A stretch of 61,711 nucleotides of DNA from assembly GCA_051745145.1 (NCBI GenBank), contig JBNJDT010000007.1, positions 1-61,711 on the forward strand. The letters run 5' to 3'. Positions 32,801 through 44,800 of the stretch are shown here, piece by piece. The stretch comes from Elusimicrobiota bacterium. Lineage in GTDB: Bacteria; CG03; SLGR01; JAGXOG01. Positions within the stretch are counted from its first letter, which is position 1. Each line of letters opens with the position of its first letter. Under the pieces are notes generated by a model. It searched no databases. It had not been told where the DNA came from and was given only the letters and a program-made list of their open reading frames with translations. The translations under genes and the position numbers were made by a program.

Positions 32801-35800
32801 CGGATACGGCAGGCACCTATTCTTACGAAGCAGTATTTGTCGGAGATTCTTCATATAATTCCAGTACAAGTACGGCCAAAAATATAAATGTTTCCCGCAG
32901 AACTATAGATATTGCTGCGACGCCGGCGGATACGGAGACATTTGATTTATTTACAGCTACCGCTACCATAACCGATTCTCATACTCCCGCGGGGGATGTT
33001 GAAGGAAGGACTGTCCAGTTTGTTTATGAAGATGACGGGGGGGCAGTAATAGATCAAAAGACATCTGTTACGGATTCAAACGGGGTGGCTAATGTGGATT
33101 TTAATGCCGGAGATGCTTCCGGGATTTATCAGTATAAAGCAATATTAGAAGAAGATTACTCCTACAATTCTTCAACCAGCGCTTATGTGGATGTAAATAT
33201 CGCAAAATCCGATATAAATATTGCCGGTGAGGAAGTAGCTTCACTGCCCATGGAGACCTTCAAAGCCACGGCTACACTTACCAGTCCGAAAAACGGGCCG
33301 GTGAGCGACGAAAATATTGAATTTACTTTTGAAGGAGATATCCAAACTGATGTTACAGATTCTAACGGGGAAGCTTTTGTCCAGTTTACCGCTCCGGCAT
33401 CGTCGGGCAATTATTATTACCAGGCGGAATTTAGCGGTAATGCCTCCTATTATTCAAGTTCAACGGATACTCTTGTAAAAGTGGGAAAAAGAGAGGCAAA
33501 TATTACTGCTGAAAATGTAAATACCGAAACTATGGATATATTCACGGCAACCGCTACGGTTACTGATTCTATAGGGGGCGGTGATGTTAGTGATAGAGAC
33601 GTGGAATTTACTTTTTCGGGAGACGGGAATACGGTTATAAAAACCGCTCAAACGGATTCAAACGGTGTAGCCGTATCCACTTTTACAGCTCCGGATACTG
33701 ACGGTGCGTATTCTTACACCGCCGAGCTTTTAGAAGACGGAACTTATAAGTCGGCATTGTCCGCTCCGGCGGATGTAATAGTGGACAAAAGAACTTTAAG
33801 CGTCACCGGCAGCGATATTACTGTCCTGGTCATGGAAAATTTTACCACGGAAGCCACTCTTACTGATTCAAAACCCAATTCTCAGCTTGGCGGGTTACCC
33901 GTAAAATTTGTATATTCGGGAACCGATACTATAACTAAAACCGGGACTGCGGATAATTCCGGTTATGCCGAGGTGACGTATAACGGAGTTGATTTTGCAG
34001 CCACGGGCCATTCATATAAAGCTATTTTTGAGGGTAATTCGTCCTATTATTCCAGTACCGGTCCGGTCTACAATGTAACATTTGAAAAAAGAGATGCCCT
34101 GATCTCGGCAGATTCCGTAAATACCGAGACTATGGATATATTTTCGGCTACGGCCACGGTAACCGACGATCATGCAAGTTCCGGTGATGTAAGCAACAGG
34201 GCTGTGGAATTTAATTTCTATGGGGACGGAAATACGGTTACAAAAACTTTTCAAACCGATGAATTTGGCGTAGCGGTGGCTACTTTTACCGCCCCTGCCG
34301 ACGCCGGTAATTATTCTTACGATGCCCAGCTTTTAGAGGATGAAGCCTATAATGCTTCGTCCGCAGAATCTGCTGGGGTAGCAGTGGAAAAAAGAGAGAC
34401 CACTTTAGTTAATGAAGATATTACTACCTATGCGCTGGATGTATTTACGGCCACGGCGACGGTTACAGATAAAGACGGGGGAGTTTCCGGGATTACGGTA
34501 AACTTTTCAGGGTCGGTAAACGGGATAAATATTTCAGAATCGGCGGTAACCGACGGCAGCGGCGTGGCTACAACTGTAATAGATTCAACGGAAGCTACCT
34601 CGGCGGCGGGGAATTTTATTTTATCCGCTGAATTTCCCGGCAACTCGACTTACAAAAGTTCTTCAAATGACAGCCAGCTGACTATTGAAAAGATTCCCAC
34701 TTCTTTGAATATAGATGGTATTGTAGCTCATAGAGTTTACGATAAGATTGATCAGCTGTTTGCCGCCGAGTTAAAAGACAGCCGGGACGGGAGCGGAGCG
34801 GGAAATAAAGATTGCCGGTTTGTATTCTTTACAGATCCTAAAAAAGAAAATACTGAAACTACGGGAAGCTCGGGCTGGGCGTATTCTACATTTTATGCCC
34901 CGGCCTCTTCGGGTACCTATGATTACAAGGCGGTTTTTGACGGAAATGACGCCTACCTTTCAAGTACTTCAACAGTAAAATCGGTAACTATAAACAGGAG
35001 AAATCTTAACATGTCCGTCGGAAATCTGGAGACTAAAACTTTTGCCACTTTTACAGCCACGGCTACTCTCTCCGATCCCAATAACAGCGACGGACAGGGA
35101 GACGTGGAAGACCGATTAGTTAATATGGTATTTAAAGATGAGACGGATACGGAAATTGATTCAGCCCAGGTTTACACGGATGCCTCCGGCCGGGCTTTTG
35201 CCGATTTTACAGCTCCGGATGTCGGGGGAACTTACTACTACCACGCTGAATTTGACGGAGACAGTTCCTATATTTCCACCACTTCCGTAGATGCTACCGT
35301 AACGGTCCAAAAAAGAGAGACCCAGATTACCGCGGAACCGGTTAATACAAAGACCCTGGAAGTTTTTAATGCCACCGCTACTTTAATGAACTCCTCGGGA
35401 GCGCCGGTAGAGGGTAAAAGTTTGGATTTTGTGTATACCGGGACTGATACTATTACCAAAACAGATACTACCCGCTCAGACGGAAAAGCGTATTCCCTGT
35501 TTAATGCTCCGGCTTCCTCGGGCACATACTCTTACAAAGCAGTATTTTCAGGGGATGATTCCTATAAATCCAGTACTTCCCCGGCAGTTGATGTTAACGT
35601 TGCCCGGAGGGATTCGAATGTCGCGGCCGAACCTGTTACTACAAAAACCCTGGAAGTATATAAGGCCACCGCCACAATGTCCGACAAAGACGGCCCGGTG
35701 GATAATAAAGAACTTACCTTTACTGTACAGTACAGTACTTACAGCCGGGAAAGTACGGATGTAACCAACAGCCAGGGCCAGGCGTATGTGGATTTTAGAG

Positions 35801-38800
35801 CTCCGGAATCTTCGGGAACGTATAATCTTACTGTAGAATTTACGGGCGATTCCACCTATAAACCGGATTCCGATACAAAGACTGTATTTGTGGATACCCG
35901 GGATACTGCAGTCCAGGTATACGGGGTGGAAAGTAAGACTTATGATGTATTTAAAGCAACGTCCGTATTAAAGGATGGGGAGTCGGGAAATCCGATATCC
36001 GATATTCAGCTGGAATTTACATTTAACGGCACCCAAAGGTACGATACTACGGACCAGCAGGGAAAAGCGTCAGTTTCTTACACCGCGCCTTCCGCGGCCG
36101 GGGATTACGAACTTTCTTCTTCTTTTGAAGGAAATTCTACTTATTCGCCGGCATCCGGGACCAATACGGTTGTAGTTACAAAAAGAGATACCGATATCAC
36201 CGCCAGGGATGTGGATACGGTGGCTATGACTGTCTTTAAAGCGACAGCTACACTTGAAGATAAGGACGGGGGAGTTGAAAATAAAAATATAGATTTTAGT
36301 TTTGAAGGACAGGATAAATCCGCAAATACCGACAGCCAGGGGATGGCCGTTGTGGAATTTGATGCCCCTGTTTCTTCCGGAACTTATACCTATTTTGCGG
36401 AATTTCCCGAGGACCCGGGACATCTTGGAAGCTCTACTCAGGCTCAGGTAACAGTTACCCGTAGAAAGACGGATATGTACACTTTTGAACTTACTACCAA
36501 TACCCTGGGCGATTTTACAGTTGAGGCCCAAATAGAAGACCAAAAGACCGGCGAGGGAATGGCAGTACCCGTTGATATTGTATTTGAAGGAACTTCTACA
36601 ATCACTAAAAGTGATAATTCCGGAAGCTCCGGCTGGGTATCTACAAATTTTAATACTCCAGCTCAGTCGGGAGATTACAGATATTTTGCCCAGTTTGACG
36701 GTAACCAGACCTACGAACCCAGCTCCAGTTCTTCTCCGGTAACTGTTACTAAAAGAGAAACGTTTCTCTCTGCCGCCGCCGCCCAGGCCCTGGCCAGCGA
36801 CAGTTCCATCGGGCAGACCGAAACTTTTGAAACTGTAGGCACTATTAGGGATGAAGAGAATAAACTGGTAAACGGCGTAGATCTGGTCTTTACATTTGAA
36901 ACTGTATATTCGACCGAAACTACTGATAGTCAGGGAGAGGCGGCAGCCCAGTTTAATTCTCCGGAAGATGCCACTTTAGAATATTCTTATGCTGTCAATT
37001 TTAACGGGAACGAAACCTATCAGGCTTCATCCACATCAGCGGTGGTCACCGTAAATAAGAGAGAGAGCCAGATGAGCGGACTTCAGGATTTAACTACCAC
37101 AACAGAAGAATATTTTTACTCCACGGCCACTTTAAGGGATCCGGGATCGGTTTCGCCTCTTGAGGGAAAAGTCGTGGATTTTAAAGTGGATACTATAAAA
37201 GAAGGGGAAGATACTACCGATTCTGCCGGAGAGGCCCATTTTAAACACAATATACAGGTAACCGGTCAAAAGCAGCTGGTGGCCAATTTTGCCGGGGATG
37301 AGACGTATAAAGCAACCGCGGATACCTGCACGATAACTGTAGGTATTCCCACCAATCTTACGGTATACGACGCTAATTCCATAGTTGAATCCACGTTTAC
37401 GGTAAAAGCCGATCTCTGGGATTCTTTAAATGATGTCAGGCTTTCTACAAAAACCGTAAAACTCAATTTCGACGGTCAGGAGAAATCCCAGGAAACTGAC
37501 GCTGTGGGAGAAATTTATATAGATTATTATTCCGGGGTGGAAAGGGGTACGGGAACATTTCCGGTGTACGGAGAATTTGAAGGGGATGACACTTACGGTC
37601 CGTCCTCCGGTGAGGGTAGCGTAACGATTGAACTTAGGCCCACCCATATCAATGCCTATCCTCTTACTCAGTATATAAATGAAGATATAGAACCGGGAGG
37701 TAAGTTAATCGATACGGATACGGGAGCGGGAATCAAAGATAAGAACCTGGAATTCAGCTTTAACTATTCTACAAAAGTAATTCAAAGTGATAAGACGGAT
37801 GATACCGGAGAAGTTATAGAGACTTATAAATCCCCCCAGTCCACGGGCAGCTATAAATACTTTATGGATTTTGGCGGGGATAACGTATATAACCATTCTG
37901 CAGCTACCGGACCTGTTGATATTGAGCTCAGACCTTCTATGGTTATTACAGAAGACAGAAATATTATAGCCGGCAGTGAATTTAACGTCGAAGCTGAACT
38001 TATCGATACTGTAGATTATACTAAGATAAATAATGAAAATATAAAATTTGAATTTAACGGAGATACGGCTACCGTCCTTACCGGCAGCCGGGGGATAGCG
38101 GTGGCCACATTTACCGCTCCCGGAGATACCGGGCAGGATTATACTTATACCGCTACATTTGACGGGACAAATATATATTCTTCTCACCAGAGTAGTTCTA
38201 ACATAAATGTGGGTATGGAATCGTCGGTTATCTGCGAGGAAGTAGATACCGTAATAGAACAGGTATTTACCGCTACCGCCACTTTAACAGACAGTGAGGG
38301 AACGCCCCTGTCCACCCGGCCGGTAACCTTTATATACAGCCATAACGGTTCCAGCGATACTGTAATTACCGGCGAGAGTGGTGTGGCTACTGCGACTTTT
38401 ACCGCTCCCGGTTCAACGGGCAGTTGGAATTACCAGGTAAAATTTGAAGGCGATGAAACATACGGGGCCAGCAGCGATAAAGCGGATATTACGGTTGAAG
38501 GGTTTAATACCAGCTTGACGGCGGCGGAGGCTCCCAATCTGAATTCTGAAGAGGTTTTTGTAGCTACTGCCACTTTGTATGATGAATTTAATTCCGAATA
38601 TGTATCCGGAAAAGAAATCCAGTTTAGTTTTGAATACGACAGTGATGGGAAAACAACGGCTACGGCTGTAACAAACGCTATGGGAGTGGCCACAACGACT
38701 TTCAGGACTCCTTATGAACCAGGGTCATATAATTATACGGCTTTATTTACCGATGATCCGGCATATAGCGCTTCGGGAGATACCGCTACGGTTTCTGTGG

Positions 38801-41800
38801 ATAAGAGACCGGCGAAATTGCTCGGAGATGATGTATGGGTAAGGCCAGACAGAGTATTTACCGCTACTACAACGCTGGAGGATGAATACTCGGGCGATGC
38901 CGTATCTTCGGCAACGGTTAATTTTAGCTATTATGACGGTGAATCCACCCAGACTTACTCAACTTTAACGGATCCAGAGGGGGTGGCTACAGCTACATTT
39001 ACTGCTTCAGCGGCTATGGGAATATACGAATACCGGGTTAGTTTTGAGGGCAATGATATTTACGGAGCCACTTCTGATACTCTGGAAGTAGAAGTTGATA
39101 AATATGAAACATCCCTGGCCATGGAACCGGTTACCGTACCTTTGGGCGAAATATTTAATTCTTCCGCTACTTTGACGGATACTGAAAACAATGAAACCCT
39201 GGCCGGAAAAGAAGTGGAGTTTATCTTTTATTCATCCCAGACGGTAACCCGGAATACTTTCACCGACGCTTACGGAGTGGCAGAATCGACTTTTGCAGCT
39301 CTGCCTTCTACCGGCAATTATATTGCGGAGGCAAATTTTTATGAAGATGACAGTTATCACTATTCCGGTACCACACAAACGGTAACTGTTATAAGGCGCC
39401 AGACGGAACTTACCGGAGAATCGGTAAATGTCAAACCGGAGAAAATATTTACTGCCACGGCCACTTTAAAAGATGCAGTTGGAAGTAAGACGGCCCTGGG
39501 GTCTAAAACAGTAACTTTCTCTTATTATGACGGTTCATCCACTGCCACAGTTACAAAGGTAACGGATTCATACGGGAATGTTTATTCTACATTTACTGCT
39601 CCTGCGGCAACCGGGACATATTCAGTTGCTGTGGAGTTTGCCGGTGACAGCGAATATAAAGAAAGCTCTGATATTATAAATGTCTATACTACCCAAGAAG
39701 GAGCGGGGGGAGGGTTAAAGCTCAGGGCGTATGATACCGGCGTTATTTTAGAAGAGAATTTCACTGCTTCGGCAAAACTTACCGATGAAGATGAGCCTCT
39801 GGTAAACAGTACAGTAACTTTTACCTTTGATGGGACCACAAGAACTGTTACTACAGACAGCCTGGGCATTGCTTCAACTACTTACAGTGCTCCTCCATCT
39901 ACCGGAGAGTATATGTATACCGCCGACCACGAAAGATCTTATATAACTATTACCGACGGCGGTTTTGTGGAGGTATCCAGAAGGCCCACGGTTTTATCTA
40001 AAGAGAGGGATGTAAATACAAATGTGGAAGCGATATTCTCATCCACGGTTACCCTCACGGATTTTACGACCGGCGATACTTTATCCGGTAAAGAAATTAA
40101 GACCAGTTTTTATAAAACCGGCTCGACCGTTACATTTGAGGGTTCAACCGGTGAATACGGGATGTCCGGGTCCACTTTTACCGCTCCCACATCGAGCGGG
40201 ATATATACTATGGAATCTGTATTTTCCGGGGATAGTATTTATGGAATCAGCAGCGAACTGATAACTGTAAATGTTTCCAGAAGACCTCTGATTTTAGAGA
40301 CTAACAGGGTAACCACAAAACCCGATCAGATATTTACCGCGACCGCCACTCTTACCGGCGGTGTAACAAAGCTGCCGGTGGAACAGAAAGAGTTAGAGTT
40401 TAACTATTATAACGGAGTTTCTACGGAGACTGTCTACAGAGAAACGGACAGCTCCGGGGTGGCTGAAGCGACTTTTACAGCTCCTGAAAATACGGGAGAT
40501 TACAGTTATTCTGTCTCCTATCCCGGAGACAGTAAATATCAGTCGGTTTCGGAGACAGAAATAGTGGAAGTTAAAAACAGATTAACCGAAATAACTGCTG
40601 AGAACGTTTTTGTGCCCTCGGAAGGAGTTTTTAAAGCTACTGCTACTCTGGTTGATATTGAAGACAGCAGTAAAATGTCCCAAAAGGAAGTAACTTTTGA
40701 ATTTTATAAAACCGGCTCCACCCGGACAGCTACAGTTTTTACAGACTCTTCGGGTATATCAACAGCGACTTTCAGCGCTCCATTTGATGCGGGAACCTAT
40801 GAATACAGCGCCGAATTTTCCGGAGACAGCACTTATGCATCTTCTGAGGATACCGCAGAAGTTTATGTAGGCAAAAGATCTGCTGAACTTGTTACTCCTT
40901 CGGGCCTGAATTTGTATGTTGAACAGGTATTTACAGCTTCAGCTACCGTAAAAGACGGTTTTGACGGAACAGAGCTGTCCTCCGTTCCGGTTACATTTAA
41001 CTATTTTAAGGGAAATTCTACTCAGACGGTAACTCATTTTACGGATGATTATGGGGTAGCCAATACTACCTTTGAAGCTCCGGTTTCCTCGGGTGTTTAC
41101 AGTTACAGCGCTGAATTTTCCGGTAATGACAATTACGAACCGGCGACCGGGGAAGCGCTAATTAATGTTGATAACTATGCAACTGATTTAGTATTACAGG
41201 TGCCCAACAGTATATTTATCGGGCAAACCCTGCAGTCAACCGGTACCCTTACTCGAAATGAAGGCGGAATACCGGTTGAAGGTCAGGAAATAGCGTTTGA
41301 ATTTAACGGTTCTGTTAAAAAGAGAGATACCGGATCCGGGGGTATAGGAAATGCTGATTTTTCGTCCCCGGCTTCTTCGGGAACGTATACCATGGATCTT
41401 ATTTATGAGGGCACGGCTACCTATAAACCTTCTTCTGATAATAATGAAATCAGCGTATTGAGAAGACCCACCGAAATAGACGGTCAATCGGTTTCGGTAC
41501 CCCAGGATACTGTCTTTACGGCTACAGCTACTTTAGTGGATTATTTATCGGAGGATAAAATTGAGGGTTCCAGACCCGTACAATTTACTTTTACTGCCGG
41601 GACTACCACTTATTACTCCGAAGATGAGACCAGCAACGGCATAGCCGTTTCTACCTTTATGGCTCCCTCTTCTACCGGAATTTACAGCTGCAGCGCGGTA
41701 TTTGAAGGAGACAATACATTTATGAATTCCAGCGATATATTTTCAGTTCACGTAACCTATGACGAGGGAGAAGGAGAGGGGACTTCCGAAACTGAAATAA

Positions 41801-44800
41801 TAACCGAAAAAGTTTCTACTCACCTGCAGGAAGTATTTGTGGCCACAGCAACTTTGCTAAGCGAAGAGACCCCCCTTGAAGATAAAAATTTAACATTTAA
41901 TTTTGAGGGAGCTTCCCTCACGGCAAAAACCGATCAATACGGAGTGGCCACGGCTACTTTTAGCGTCCCCGGCTCCACAGCCACTTATTATTATGATGTT
42001 GAATATGCCGGTGATGATGTTTTTCTCCCGGCCACAGGCATGAATAAAGTAATAGTTTCCAGACGTCCTGTTGAACTATACACTCAGTACAGCGAGATAG
42101 CGGTAAAGCCCGAACAGAAATTCACTTCTACGGTGACCCTAAGAGACGCCTTAAATACTGACGGTCTGGATTTAAGGGAAGTAACATTTAGTTTTGAAGA
42201 CGGCAGTTCTACGCCGACTGAAACAGAAGTTACTGACGGTTACGGCGTTTCCTATCCTACATTTACTGCGCCGCTGACAGCGGATACTTATTATCTGGAT
42301 ATGTATTACGGCGGCGATGAACTTTACAGCGAAATTTCCCGGCGCCTGGCAGTACTGGTCACTCCCGAGGGAGTGGGGAATGAAGACGTTGAAATTACGG
42401 TTGAAGATGTCACCGCCTATGTAGATGAAGTGTTTACCACTACCGCCACTTTAAGAGAATTAGATGAAAATACGGGGGTGGCCAACAGCACTATCACATT
42501 CGATTTTTCTGATACCCAAAAAGATGCTGTTACTGATCAGGAGGGGGTAGCTACAGCTACTTTCACGGCCGGCCAGGGCGCGGGTGAGTATAAATATTAT
42601 GCAAATTTTATGGGAGATTCCACGTACTCTTCGGCTTCAGGCGAGGGAAATGTATTAATTCAACTGTGGCCTACGGAAATGACTTCAAAGAATTTGGCCA
42701 TGGAACCCTCAACGGGAACGGAGACATTTACGGCAGAAACTACTCTTCTTGATGTGGAAAAATCGACCGGTCTGGCGTCAAAACCGGTGACTGTGAGTTT
42801 TTACGATGGAGTTTCCACCTACACTTATTCCGGGGATACAGACAGCTACGGATTATTTACAGCTACTTTTCCGGTTCCCTCGACTGAAGGGGAATACAAA
42901 TATATATCCGAATTTACGGGGGACGGGACCTACGATTCAAGCAGTGCGGAGGGGATTGTCACCGTATCCGAAGAAGGGACCGGAACTAATGAATGCGAAC
43001 TGGCGCTTCAAAATTCATTTGTCTACGTGAATAAAGAATTTACCTCCACGGCAACTTTAAAAGAGCTGTCTACCGGTGATCCTCTGGCAAATAAGACTGT
43101 AATATTTGCGTTTGACGGGGAGGAAAAAATTGCCACAACCGACCAAAACGGCGTGGCCGGCGCCAGTTTTGTAGCCGATACTGCAACCGGAACCCAAAAT
43201 ATAACGGCAGAATTTGAAGGGGACGCCGATTATGCAGCGGCAAACGATGATGCTATTGTCTATGTTGAGCTTAATCCTACTGACCTTATCGCAAAAGATG
43301 TAAATACCAATCTCCAGGCAGAAAATTTTAAAGCGACCGCTACTCTTAAAAATATGTTAAATGATGAACCGCTTCTAAATAAAACTTTAGAATTTATCTT
43401 TTACGATGGTACTTCAACTCAGACTGCAACAACCCAGACCGACGGCTACGGAAAAGCAAATGTCTATTTTTCCACTCCCGAATCTACGGGCTCATTTAAC
43501 TATTTAGTGAATTTTAACGGAGACAGCGAGTATGAATCCAGCGATGCCGAAGCGGCAGTAATAGTAGAATCCGGCGGCGAAGATGACGGGGATAATTCCG
43601 GCAAAGGAACGGAAGTTACCATGATTCTGGAGGAGATAAATACTTCGGTTAACAGTGTTTTTACGGCCACGGCCACGCTTGTAGAAGCAGATAATCCGTC
43701 AGAATATATTTCAGACAGGGAAGTGGTATTTGGTTTTGAAGGTTCTTCTAAAACTGCTCTAACCGGTAGCAAAGGACGGGCCCGGGTCTCATTTGACAGT
43801 CCGGCAAGTACGGGAGTATATGTTTTAGCGGCCGAATTTAAAGGGGATGATACTTACAGTGAAGTTTTGTCTACCAATTCTGTAAATGTCGGATTTTTGC
43901 CCCGGGATCCGGAATATGTTAGGGTTTTTGAAAGCACTGAAAAGAATGTAACTTTTAAATGGCCCTCCGTAAAACAGTCCGTAACCGGAGAAAATATGGG
44001 AACCTGTTTTAAAGGTTATACTGTTGAAAAAGCAATAGGAAGACCGGGGAGCTGGGAAAAAGTGGCGGAACTAAGTACTGCAACTTTTGAATATCAGGTA
44101 CCAAAACCTGAAAGTGAAAGTGTATTCTACAGGGTCCGGGGCCGCACGGCCAAACATTTAAGCGCCGGCCAGAACGGGGTTGAAGTAGACGGGGGGAATG
44201 TAATTAACCGGATTGTAATATCCGCTGATAAACAGGTCTGGGCTCAGGTCGATGAAAGAGAAATGGAAGAGAATGAGAAAATTGTTGTGGAGCCCGACGA
44301 AGAACAGGAAGAAGGTTTTCAGAAGATGTATAGCGTTAAAGTTCTCCACAACGGCCGGGAAGTAGATAAACAGTTTAAGTACAGAGGGGTGAAGCTGACT
44401 TTCTCCTATGAAAGTTTGAAAAGGGACGGTTTAATAACCGGATTATCCGCTGAAGATAAAAAACTGGTCCTATTCTGGCACAATGGCGTTGAATGGATCC
44501 GCATAGGCGGTAAAGACAACAGATGGGAGGATGAAATTTATGTATATACCAAGAATACCGGACGGTTTGCTATAAAGGCTGTTGAAGAATCCAACGAATT
44601 TAACTTAATAAAGGTTACCCCCAGGATATTTACCCCGGAGGCGACGTCGAAAAATATAAACCGGGCCAGGTTTGAACTTGAAAATCCGAATTACAGAAAT
44701 ATAGCCATAAGAATTTATGATATGTCGGGACAAATTATCCGAAGGAATCTCGATTCCGAATCGGGAGATCTCTATTACTGGGATGGTAAAGATGAAACCG

